Part shown: piece after piece, positions 23,230 to 35,655 of the stretch | Layout: each line of letters begins with the position of its first letter | Numbering within the stretch: the stretch's first letter is position 1 | Position numbers and translations under genes: made by a program | DNA from: Camelus ferus | Lineage: Eukaryota | NCBI RefSeq assembly: GCF_009834535.1 | Contig: NC_045697.1 | Span: 23,624,001-23,688,000, forward strand | Length of the DNA: 64,000 bases | Reading direction: 5' to 3' | The notes under the pieces: model-generated | Told to the model about the DNA's origin: nothing | What the model saw: the letters and a program-made list of their open reading frames with translations, nothing else | The model's database searches: none

Positions 23230-25396
23230 GGAAAGTGATAAATAATAAGAACTTGACTTAGATGGATCATGTATATAGTTGAGTAAATATACAATATTTA
23301 GTGATTTGGTTGCAATGTTTGCTGACCTGTAACTTGGACTGATTGTGACTTACACTGGTTTTAACTTCTGTTTCTCTGCTGTACCATCCTCATAAGATTA
23401 ATCAGCTCAGAAAACCAGCTGTGTGAGCTTTTAAACCTATGGGGTCATACAAAGTGACGTGTCAGATTAAGTCAGCGATCTCTACAGTGTAGCCTGAAAT
23501 CACTTTCGCCTGGAGCAGCCAGTTAATTTAGGAAAGGGAATTGGGTGTTAAACTGTTTAAATGATCACTTCAGCTTGGTGCATTGCTATGTGGTCAGATA
23601 CCTCCCAAATGTGTATCCGCAATAAGTTCCCATTCTCCATTTTGCAGTTTTAGGGGTCATTATCCTATACTCCCCTTGTAGTTGGGACTGCCCTTCTTAT
23701 TAGGAGGTGATGCTCTGTGGAACAACTTTCTATACTCCTTTTTATGGGAGAATGGCCCTAAAACAGTAAAATGAATGCATGTCTAGTCCTTTCTGATTGT
23801 ATAGTTAGTTAAGAATATGTAAAAAGAAGTAGTTTCTTGTATTTCTTTTATACAAGAAATACCTTGTATAACTCATATCCTATTAAATAATAGTAAAGGA
23901 TTTATAACAAAGAGAAATATTTTCTTGTATTTATATCCCTTGCAGCCCATTGAGACTCCAATTGATTATGAGCATGCAGTTCAACTCAGTAAGGAAAAAG
24001 TAGTAGGAACAAAATTCTAAATATGATGCTGATGGAGACAAGGTGCATTGCCCCATAGGCCTTTATTTTGATTATAATTATAGTTGGATGCCAAAATCAT
24101 GATGCTGCAGCAACAAGCCTGTTAGTGGCAGTGATTCCAAGTGTGTCAATGACAGCAGTAAACGAAGTGAGGGAGTCGCTTCTTCCTACTCAGCCACACT
24201 GCAAAAACTTGTGCTGTTTGCAATCTTCATTTTGAAGGTAAGTGATTGAATTGTGAAACATGAACTTTCTCCTGACTTCATTTTACCAGTGATGAGTTCT
24301 ATTTCCTGCATGTTGAAGTAACTTATGTTAATATACTGCTTTTGATATATGAAATGAGAGGAATGGACACACTTTATAAAAACAGATATACATCCCTACT
24401 TGGCTTACTAAATGCTGTTCCTCCTACCTGCTGCAATTGATTAACAGTGAAATACCAGCATTCATCAGGAAACTCTAAGCACTGTAAATTTCACTGGTCC
24501 CATGGTGTGTTAAAGATTTTCTTCCTATAATTTAATTTTGTTTGATAACTATTTGCATATTGCTTTTGTATCATGAAACTAAAAAACTTGAGAATCCTGC
24601 AGCCAGAAAATAATATAATAACAAAAATTTACATTCCATATGTTAGATGTTTATAAAAACTTAAACACTGCTAGGAGCGTCTTCCATTTTTAATTATAAT
24701 CATGGAAGTGAAAACTGCTCAGTTTTTCTGTGAAGAAATACTTTATTATGCAATGAGATAGTTTTTAAAAACATAATGCTAGTCAACTGTTATCATTTTT
24801 TAGTACAACTCTATGGTTACTCTGCGATTTTATAGCTCAAGTATAATGTTCAGTGCAAAATAATTCACATTATAATAACAATGGAGTTTTGCAAAAAGGT
24901 CCATATAAACCTAGTAAATAATAAAACAGCAAGTTGACTATGTTCTAATGGACTTTTAAAATAAGTTAATAGTGTTCTTTTCTAAGATTTTTTTTTTCTT
25001 TATGGTTGAAACTGCCGGGCCCTGTGAAACAGAGAAAGATGCTCTTTTTCCATCATTCTAGTGCACTATGTTTTATACACAGTCAGTTAACAGTCGTGAT
25101 GTTTTTACGTATAGCCATCCTCCCAATCACCCAATCACCCACTTCTTAAAAGTTAGGGCAAATCTCATGTCTTAAAAATGAAGCTGACTTGCACAATAAC
25201 AATGACCCACTCATTTTAACCTGTACACTTATATCCATTTTATAAGAGCAACAGGGTAAGCTCAGCTTTGACTACAAATAAAATTTAATAAGTAAATCTG
25301 ACATATGAAATTAGTTGTGTACATCTAATCTTGCATACCTGGTAAAAATGTTTAAAATGATTGTAACTGGAACCACTTTTACAAATAAAGCTGTTC

Positions 25397-25447
<51 letters not shown>
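25397..25447. repeat. (CTAT)12 microsatellite
   Basis: Direct reading. Confidence 0.97.
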
Positions 25448-26619
25448 CAATATGATAATTAACAATGAAATATGCAGAAATGAACCTTAAATTTAGATAT
25501 CACAAGACCTTGAGTCAATTCAGCTTGGGTTACTATTTTCTTGGTTTCTTCTTTCCAGACTCCCAATACACCTTCCTCCCCAAATTGTTGATCCGGTGTC
25601 TGCTTTTTGTCTTTACTTAATCTACTTCTTCTAAATTCCTGGCATCTGGTATATGTGAGTTCTAGGGGGCCAAATCCAATAGGAGTTCTTTAACCCCAAG
25701 TCTCTCCCCAGTACTAATGAGGCAATGTTAAGATGTTTATTAAAATGAATATAGTTCATAAAGTCTTCAAAAGAAACCCAGGGAAATGGAATATGTCCTT
25801 TCTTTTTCAACATATGGATTCGACTCTTGAGTACGGGAATTGTATTTTATATCTGGTTTGGAACTCAGTTCTTGAGATCTGAACATAATCATCCTTAATC
25901 CTTTTGGCTGCTTACTTATTACTTTGAAGAGTGGGGAGAAAGGTGCCTCTATTGCATTTGCTCTCCAATCTCTGCTTCTTTAAAGAGTGCAGGTGAATAA
26001 TCTATATTTCAAAGAAAGATGACCTTTACTTGATTTAATGGAATCTCTCTTTCAATATCTGAAATGAGAAAGTGATTAAAGCTTTGGTTGATAGGCAAGA
26101 TGTATTTTAGGAATAGATAAGCAAAAAGGTCAGACACTGTCAGAAAGGATTTTGACTTTCTTTAATATTTAAGTACTTCATATGAATCAGGGTTTATGCA
26201 TTAATAGTATATTTTTAAGTTTGATTAAAAATCCTGCATTTTTGTATAGTTCGAAATTGGTTTCTGACATAAAGTAAAGATATTGGGCATGGTGGGTATA
26301 TTTTTGTTGGGATTTTCATGGATACTGGATTTATTCTGTTCTCATAAGACTATAGGAAAATGGCCATTTAGCACACTGCTTTGGATATTTTAAAATTCTG
26401 TTTGACATATTCCTAAATTGTAATTAATTTAAATGTTTAATAGCCATGTTTTGAGTGTCACCTATATTCAAGGAATTTTTCTCAACAAATTAATAGGAAA
26501 ACACATATCTCACATTTAATGAGGTCTCACTAGATATTGATTTCCTAGGTGCTTTATGTATCAATTAATTTAATATGCACCTATGCCATTTGATAGTGAA
26601 AGTTTATTGAAAGAATGAA

Positions 26620-26785
26620 TGAAGAACTTTATAAAGCAGTTTTTTACTAGCCCCATTTTATAGATGAGAATTATGTGACCCAGAGAAGTTAAATAGTTTG
26701 CCCAAGACAAGAAAGTGATGGAGCTGGGCTTCAACAATAGGTCTTAAGCTATACCCTAAGTTCCTACTCATGATGCTCTGCCATG
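26620..26785 (-). mobile_element. MIR
   Basis: CCCCATTTTATAGATGAGAATTATGTGACCCAGAGAAGTTAAATAGTTTGCCCAAG...GGAGCTGGGCTTCAAC. Confidence 0.85.
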
Positions 26786-26959
26786 TATTTTTACTATTAA
26801 TAACAGCATATACCATATTTGTTTAGCATCTTATATTGTACAAAACACTTCTGTTCATCCTTTATTTATTCCTAATAACATTGCAGAGTATGTATATTTC
26901 TTTCTTTGAAAGGTGTCCAACCACACTAGTTATCACCATCTACACTTTGTAAGCAAGTT

Positions 26960-27200
26960 ATGGGTGATTACCCAAGGGCTATAGTATAAGATGGAAAATG
27001 TATAATGTGATAGAATAAATGTAGAAAGACAACTCCTAAGAGATTAAAGGAGAGGTTATAGTCTAATCCTGGATCAAGAAATGTTTTATTGAAGAAGAGG
27101 AATTGTGATGACCATTTGAGCAAAATTTTGACTGCTGAAAATATCTCAGGCAGAGAGAATGCCAACAGTAAGACAAGAAGGTGGATAATTAGAGTAAAAT
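26960..27200 (-). mobile_element. L2 fragment
   Basis: ATCTCAGGCAGAGAGAATGCCAACAGTAAGACAAG and upstream antisense L2-like purine-rich tract. Confidence 0.5.
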
Positions 27201-27439
27201 TGTAAAACTCTTCCTGGAAGTCAACTTCCACATTGTTAGGTGCACTTACAAGTTGAATGTGCAGTCACATTCACAATACCTCCTAGGTTTCTTCTACGTA
27301 AGAAACAATGTGAACTGCCCTGACATATTCCCAAGGTTGTTGGTGGTCCTCAAAGTCTGTGATAACACTGGCTTCCCTTATCAAGCCTTTACTATGCCTC
27401 TTGTAAAATCCAGGATATTAAGATAATTTATAATTAACC

Positions 27440-27620
27440 AGAAAAGGAAACTTGAGTGAAATCCTTAGTCTAAAGTGTTTTAGTGGTGCGATATTGGGTA
27501 AACCAATTAATTAGCTCCTTTTAATCTAGTTTCTCACTTTAAAATAGAGATAAAAAATTGTTAATATTATCTTAAGAGAGATTTCCTTGAGACTCAAATA
27601 AGACCGTTATAAATTACAAA
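27440..27620 (+). mobile_element. MIR fragment
   Basis: GTGCGATATTGGGTAAACCAATTAA...AGTTTCTCACTTTAAAATAGAGATAA. Confidence 0.55.
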
Positions 27621-28229
27621 ATGTGATTTATCTATTTCTTGTAAAATTCACCACAATAAAAAACATTTCCTCTCTTTGACTTCTTTCTGCTCTTTTAAAT
27701 GTGTTTTTGTTACTAGAAATCAAATAAGAGCTTATTTATATGATATATTTTTGATAATATATGAAGATAATATAAGTTAGCAATCAAGAACAAGACTCAG
27801 AAATAAGAAAGTAGGAAACTCAATAAATATTTTAGATATTAGGGAAACTAAAGAAATCATAGAAAGATTACTCAAGAAATTAGAAAACAAAACAAAAATG
27901 ACAAACAGAAAACCCCCCAAAACCTAACAGTATCTGCTGGAGAGTGAACTCAAATTCAAGTCAAGCACTCTCACAGGCAGCGGGTCAGAAGAGTTCTGGG
28001 TGCTTCAGCTTCTGCCCACGTCTCCTCAATTCATGACCAGGAGGCACCCCTCCTTCACTTCCCCGCTCACAGTGCTCCAAGCTTCCCCATCACTCACAGT
28101 CTAGACACTCTCAAGGCTGACTCAGTGATCCTCTGGTTAAATCAGTCACCATGAGAAGCCTTGGATTGGTAGATTCTAATCCCTTAGTCAGCTGTGTACA
28201 AACTCTTTCTTGACTCATTTCTCTACCCC

Positions 28230-30060
28230 TCAATTAAGTTCTGAAGATTTTCCACTGTATAATCTGGAACACACAGTTATCAGCCAAGTCCCCTGATGCT
28301 CAACCATTTACCTAAAATGGTTACCGTTTTCCTTTGCCTTCTTCCTCTGATTTGGCTCTCCCATCAGGATTTAGCCTCTTAGGACATCTCCAAACTGTTC
28401 ACTGGCAGTTTCTTTTCCCATGATCTCTCAGCAGTAAGCTTTGAAGTAGACTAGGTGTTTTTCCACCTCATTCCCACTTTCAGACCATTTTGTCCCTTCC
28501 CTCCCTAAAAACAGCCAGTATTGAATGAAGGTGTCAAGAGTATATCATGTTAAAGCTCCTTGCTTCAGTCATTTTTCAACTTCAAGGTCACTCCCAATCA
28601 TTCCTTGAACAGTTTAGCTAGTTCACTCTCACCGTCACTCATTGTCTTGCCATATTCCTGGCAATGTCAATATCCTCACAGATCATTCTTCCAGCACCCT
28701 GGTTTCTCAAGTCCTTTAGTTCTTCTCTTCTACCTGCCTTGTCTCCTATCCTACCTCTCACTTCCTGAACCAAACTCTAGAACATATATCATTACTGAAT
28801 GATAAGTGAAGCCCCTCCACAATCTCAAGTTCAAGCACCTAATTATGACTTCACTTCTTTCATCCAGATAACTCTAACCAATACCCAGACACCTACAATT
28901 TTTGATCAATTCTGAGAGTTATATTTTAATAATTATTTTTATTCTTTATGGCCTCTCACCTACTTTGTGCCCTCACATCACCTTTTATTCAAATTCAATG
29001 TCTTGTTCTAACAATGTAATCATCTCCTTATTTTATAACCTCAGTAATTTTAATACTTTCTTAATACTTTCTCATTCCTCAGATACCATAAAATAATACC
29101 CAGCCTAGTTAAATATCTGCTGGCTTGGTATTTGTACATGTAACCATGCTAAATAGTCTTACTTTAAGTTACTACCACTCTTTTCAACTGAGCCTTTAAT
29201 GCTGCCTGAAACCCATACTAAATTTCCCTCATCCATACACTTACCCATGCGCCTAGATAATTATTAAATCTCCTGTTCTGTCTGATGAGACCTTCAAAAT
29301 TCTGTCCTCTGTTCTCACACACAGACTATGACCTTGCTAATTACTTTACCAAGAAAATAAAAACAATTATAATAAAAATAAAACTCATAAGCCAACTACC
29401 ATCACCCTCCCCATTTGTCTCATGCTTCAGTTTATTAATATGGATTTACTTTCTGCTTTTGTCTAAGACCAACCCATCAATTTGCGCACTATATCTCATA
29501 TTCTCTCACTTAAAACCAGCCCATTGTTCCAGTAGTACCTGCTCTTTCCCTGTCTAATCGTCCCTATCTGTATACAGTCACACTAATACTTCCCACTTCA
29601 AACATTTAATAAACAAACCCATCTCTTGAGTTCATAGCCACTTTATCCCACTCAAGTGTTCAATGCTTTCATTTACAGCAGTGATTCTTTAAAAAATATG
29701 TACACTTGAGATCTTCACTTTCTCTGCTGCCTGAAACTCATTCCAATCAGTTTTGTCTCTAGCACTCCATATTGCTCTTGTCAGGATCAACAAGAACCTT
29801 GACCTTGATAAATCAGATTGTCAATCTCAGCTCTCATCTCACTTGACATAGCAATACAATTAACACAGATGATCTCTACTCCCCTTTGTCATACTTTTTC
29901 ACTTAGCTTCCAGAAAAGAAACATCCCCCTTTTTCTTCCTATCTCTTGACTGCTTCTAGTTCTTCCCTGTGTCTTTGCAGATTCTAAATAATCTCTCCAA
30001 CTTTTAACACTGGAATACCCAAAGATCTCACTCAGTTCCTAGACCTCTTTTGAGACGGCT
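28230..30060 (+). mobile_element. Long decayed L2 ORF2 body (endonuclease to RT region)
   Basis: Pyrimidine-rich L2 sense strand; ATATTCCTGGCAATGTCAATATCC (ILGDFNI-like EN motif), ATGACCTTGCTAATTACTTTACCAAGAAAATA, TTGCTCTTGTCAGGATCAACAAGAACC. Confidence 0.8.
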
Positions 30061-30519
30061 AACTTCTTGCCTTGGTAAACTAAGAAACAGTTATATGAGC
30101 ATAAATATAAATATAATCTCATCTTTGTTGTCACATGCAAATATTTTATCTACAAAGATAATAAACTGTTGAATGTGTGCATGGCTAGGGAAGTGAGGGG
30201 GGTGGTTAAAAAAATAATTTCTGCTGTTACAATAGTTTAACATAAGTTCTGGAAAGGAAAAAACTTTTTTCCTAATTTTTTTCCCCAGGCCAAGTCTTCT
30301 TAGATAGCCAGCACACAGTAAAAAGAGCAAGGAAGGGCGGGTGGGTAGCAAGGGGAGAAACTGGTATACTAAGATATGATTCCTATGTTTGCAAATTATT
30401 AGTATGACTTACTATTTTTACTGTGAGATTTCTCAAAATACGGCTAGGAAATAATACTCTAAATTTTTACAAGTGATAAAACCAGAATTTGGCTTTTCAC
30501 TCTGGTTCTAAGAATGGTT

Positions 30520-31030
30520 TATTTATTTTTCTGATACTCAAAGACAATCACTCCACTTGGATTCCTGACCCCATCTTTCTTTGTCATCTTTAGACCTTAC
30601 ACTATCATTCAGTTACTCACTCTTCTCCCTCTTTGACTTTCTAAAATGCTTCATTTCATTTACTCAACAGGCTTGCTCAAATCTCTAGAATCCTAAAAGA
30701 AATTCATACTTGACATCTCTAGCAGAATGCCCATATCATTGCCTCAACTTCAATAGTCTCTAAGATAATTTTTATATATTTTCCATTAAATATAATATCT
30801 CTATTAATTTCCATGCCAATGCTCAGCATTGTTATTCAGGTAGTTACCCAGGGTAGAAATCTAGAATTACCTCCTTGATTTAATAACTTCAAATCCACCA
30901 CTTCTAATTAATTACCAAGTCTTAATATTGTATCTACTAATTTTTTTTCTTAAATCTGTACCCCCCCTTTTCATCTTTATAATCATTACTATAATTCAGA
31001 ACTTCATCATCCATTTTTCAGAACCTAGTA
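30520..31030 (+). mobile_element. L2 fragments
   Basis: CTTGGATTCCTGACCCCATC...CTTACACTATCA; AGAAATCTAGAATTACCTCCTTGATT...TTACCAAGTCTT. Confidence 0.55.
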
Positions 31031-31067
31031 AAGTCCTTTGTTTTATATTTTCAAATTTTTTATATTT

Positions 31068-31078
31068 ACACACACACA

Positions 31079-31111
<33 letters not shown>
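31068..31111. repeat. Interrupted (CA)n microsatellite
   Basis: Direct reading. Confidence 0.95.
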
Positions 31112-31115
<4 letters not shown>

Positions 31116-31178
31116 TATATGTTCTGGCCTTGTTCGCTGAAAAGCCCAGAAACAAACATGTACCTGATTTTTGATTTC

Positions 31179-31594
31179 CGTTATAATTGGCATCTAAGAT
31201 TTAACCCAATGATACTTACCTTCCCCTGTCATTACCCTATGTAGTTCATTCTTACACTGAATCAGGGTTTGAATGACCAAGAGATACCACATGTGATAAT
31301 GTGTGCTTTCCAAGACTAGGTCATAAGAGACACTAACACATTTATCTTATTTTCTTGGATCTATCAATCTGAGGGAAGCCAGTCACATTATCATGAGAAC
31401 ACTCAAGCCATCCTGGGGAGACACCCACATTGAAGAGGATGCTAAGGTCTCCATCAAACAACCAATACCAACCTGACAACTATATGAGTGATCCATGTGG
31501 CTCCCTCAGCCCCAGTCAAACCGTCAGATCACTGCAGATCCAGTGGGACAACTAACTAAGAAAACTCATAAGAAGTCCTAGCCAGAAATACCCA
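31179..31594 (+). mobile_element. MLT1F-like MaLR LTR, 3'-truncated
   Basis: CCAAGACTAGGTCATAAGAGACA, CTGAGGGAAGCCAG, ACACTCAAGC, CCTCAGCCCCAGTCAAACCGTCAGATCACTGCAG. Confidence 0.8.
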
Positions 31595-31599
31595 TTAAT

Positions 31600-32880
31600 T
31601 GCTATAAGAAACTACAAACCCTTGGGAAAATGATTGAGTCTAGGTCGGGGACAGGGAAGCTAGATGATGAGACTAAAACATCTTACTTTGCAAGAAAGTA
31701 AGGAAATGCTTAAAAATAATGATGGGGTGATGTGGCAAAGTGCTGAAGGAGCTGGTCTGGCAATGTTCCAACTAGTCAAACTGGTGCAATTTAGCAGTCA
31801 AAATATATAGAGACATTAACAGTTTTGTTGAACAAAGTCAGAATCTCTGAGTCTGTATTGAAAATAATCACATGCACATATGTATCTATGTGTGCATAAA
31901 TATATAAATAAATTAAAGAATAAATAGTGGAGAAGGGAAATTCTTTATTTCAGCATAGAATCAAATAGTAAGTAGAGAAGGAAGTGTATTGTTAAAACAA
32001 TTACCTTTGCAACCAACACAGTATGAATCGATTCTGGCAAGAATCAACAATACATGCTTCATTAGTAAGAGGAGAGCATCTGATGAGGAATAAGATATGT
32101 ATATATTCTTATAGGATCTCTTCTCAAATTATTTATTAGTTACAAAAGGAAAAGGTATAATTATGAAGTGGATAAAACGGACAACACTTTAACCAAGTGA
32201 GCAAAAATAACATTGCCGATAAATTGCAAAGGAACATCCCAGGCCTCCACTGTGATGTCCTGAGGAGGACACAGAATCACGTTAAGAATTGTGCCAGCCA
32301 GAAATGCATAAACTGAATCTAATCATGAGGAAACATCAGACAAATCCAAACTGAGAGATAGTCTATAAAATAACCGCCTTGCATTCTTCAAGGAATCTCA
32401 ATGTCAAGAAAGTCAAAAAAAGGCTGAGGAACTGTCCCAGATGAAAGAAAGCTAAAGAGAGATCCAAACTTTATTCATGACATAGCCTGGGTAGGATCCC
32501 GCACAGAGAATGGTCCTACACAGGATATTATTGGCACAATTGAACAAACTGGAGTGGAGATAGTGGGTTAAAGTATTGTATTACTGTTAAATTCCATAAA
32601 TGTATTAATTTCACTGAGGTTATTTAAGGAAATCTCCTTATTCTTAGTAAACAAAGGTTGAAACATTAAAAGGATAAAAGGTGACAATTCCTGAAACCTA
32701 CACTCCTATGTTAAAAAATGCATACAACACACACACACACACAAAGGATATTTTGAAAGAGACAAAGGCAAAACAGAGAGACAGAGACGACAGATTGCAG
32801 AGGAAATAAGCTAATAATTGGTAAAATTGCACAGGGGAGATTTTATTCCTGCAACCTATCCCAAACTTGAAATTATAATT
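31600..32880 (+). mobile_element. L1MC-type (L1MC3/4-like) 3' UTR
   Basis: CCAGAAATGCATAAACTGAATCTAATCATGAGGAAACATCAGACAAATCCAAACTGAG...AAGGCTGAGGAACTGTCCCAGAT. Confidence 0.85.
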
Positions 32881-35519
32881 CTTAGGGAAATTTTTATTCC
32901 TTTAACATTTTATATCAAATTAGTGCCTTTTTTGAGAGCACAGAAATGTGAAAATGTAAGAAGTGAAAAGTAATTCAATTTTTGGTGGTCAAAAGGAAGA
33001 AAGAGGAGTCAACTTCTGTATACGGAAAGCCAGTGAAAATTTCTATTAAACAAAGACAAAATCATGGGCATGGTGGGGACAGGGAGGAGGAGACAGGCTA
33101 TAATAAAGAAACTCATCCTAGAGGTCAAAGGACTAGAAGAGGGGCTCAGGATTTATCTAGGCAATGGTAAGCAGGCTGTAACTCTGTCTTTGTCCAGACC
33201 AGTGTTGATTCTCTGCCACATTTGGAAATTTTTGTCATGCTATGAATTTCACCGAATCATATATGGAAAACTAAAATTGTATTTTTCTAACTGAATCTAA
33301 TGATATAACTTTCAGCCTTCAATTTCAATTTTTTATATCCAATTCAGAATTTCTCAGTAAATCTACATTTCTTCCTTTTCATCTGTTCTTTTTTCCCTAG
33401 ATGGGATCTCAATAGATGGGAGTGAGGTGTGGGGTGATCTAAGTAAGGGGAAGGTATGAGAGGAATCATATAAGCAGAATTAAGAAGGTAACACAGGTTT
33501 TCTTTCTTTATCAATCTTTGGTTTAGGGCAGCATGTGTTTTCGTCTCTTCAGGCTTTATCCCCACATCACCCACTACTGAGCTGCCCTTGTCTCCCTCAC
33601 TCCCCAAACACTTGTGACATTGACGTGTCCTTTATGAACACAAGCCAGTTATTTTACAGACTGTCACGTCACTGAAGTGACTCTTTCCCTTCCTCAGATA
33701 TAAGGCCTTTTCGGTGCCACTGGCCCAATCTTAGCTTTCTTTTTAAGAGATATGGGACATTTTAATAATCTACTGTACCCCACAGAGTCATCGGAAGTTG
33801 CGGAAATGGGTATTTCAGACACTTGCTGAACAAATACATTTTTTTTTCCCTATTATAACTCTTCTTTGTTGATACACTGGGGAAAGTGGAAGCCTCTATC
33901 TGCGACATCCATGGTCCACTTTGTTATCTTCTTTTCTATGCAATCTTTGTAGGGATCTGCCTAGATTATTTCCTTTTGTTGGAGAACTGGCTCTTATATA
34001 CTCAACATATACCTTTCATACCCCCCACACCAAGACACATACACACACGTGCTCACATGTGCAAACTAAGTTTTTAAGCATAAATTATGCTCTGAATCTG
34101 CCAAACTCTTAACATTTGAATTACACAAACAAATCCAGTTTTCATTCTAAAAATCTTACCTCTCGGAAATCTCAAATCACCTGACTTCCTAGATATCTGC
34201 CCCTGCTTTTTGAACTTTACAAAACTTATTAAGGTACTCAGTGACTCCTTTTTTCCTCTGGTTATTTTCTGTGGTCTCTTTCCCAGAGAAAATAAAATCT
34301 TTTATGCCTGGTAGCCATTGATCCAGTGAAGGCTAGGGAAGGTAGTATTAGAAATAGCAAGAGCAGAATGACTTTAATATTGTCAGAGTTTTATCTCATT
34401 TTTCAACTTATAATGTAGTTAATGTTTAGCTCGTTAGTGTATTTATACACTCCTACTTTATGACAGGAAGTATCGAAGGCACATTTGGATGGCTAAACCA
34501 TAGTTTCTGTCCTCTGGGTAGCCATGGTAAATACAGAGGGAAAGTATGTTCATAGGCAATCAAAAGGATGGACCTTAAACTCGTCACAGTTGGGGGTCAG
34601 CTTAGGAGTGACTTCCAGAGGAGTTCTGATACTCTGGACTTCAGGCAAGACTGCGGAGCAACCTCTGCCACCTCAGCAGAGCTTGTGCATCTGGAAGTGT
34701 CTTGTAATCTGTAAGATATATGGCTTCAGAGTTTGTTTCATCAACCTACCTCTGAGCCCTACTGAACAGCAGTGATAGAAACAGCCACTAGAAATGGAGC
34801 CCTTTAATATATATGGTCTTGCAACAGTGAAACAATATTCATCATAGCACAGCTCTACTGAGCTGCACATGTGCAGAAAATAGAAGCCAGCAGGATACCC
34901 AACTGCTGCTGTAAAGTGAGCCGAAATGGGGGTAATCACAAGCAGAGAGGGCAGTAGAAACATGTTAAGGATTCATAGAAGCACAGCCTCAAGCAATGTA
35001 GCATAACTGAATATATGAGAAGGGGCATGCTGCTGAAGGAATGAAAGAAGAAACTTGCTCTTAAAAAATCGATTTCAGATGAAACAAGACAGTGTCATGC
35101 ACCTATAGGCAGCTCTGTTCATTTCTGGTTTTAAATAACGAAGATCAGCATGCAGGTCAAATACTGTCAGAAAGTGTGCATTTATCTAATGTATTTCAGT
35201 TGTACTATAGTCATTTTTACTTATTATTTTCCTGGTTAAATTAACAATTATTGCACATAAATAGATCAAAAATGATTTTTTTTAATTTCTTAAAAGATAT
35301 TGAAAGTGAATTTGGAAGGCAGATGGTACATTTGTTCCTCTCCTTCTCTTGACCTTTAAGTATTATGTATCAATATAGCAAAAATCAGGAAAAAATCTAA
35401 AAAAGGAAACAATGAAGGTGAGATTACTTTTGTTTATACATCGTCACAGCATAACACAAAGTAATAAATCTGCTTTTTAAGGGTAGCTTATGGAAATCAC
35501 TCTCACTATTTCAGACATG

Positions 35520-35655
35520 TATATTTATTCATTCAATTCATTCAACAAGTATTTCCCCAGTGATGTATGCATGCACCATGCTACTCACACCTGGAGACCA
35601 GGGATGCAGGCAGAGACTTTTGGCATGCATGGTAGGAGCTTTTACTTTTCCTTCC
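35520..35655 (-). mobile_element. L2 3' end
   Basis: TTTATTCATTCAATTCATTCAACAAGTATTT...GGAGCTTTTAC. Confidence 0.65.

Noticed and set aside
32833..32906. Imperfect ~23-bp direct repeat at the L1MC end
   Set aside because: Short and diverged; at most a small old tandem duplication.
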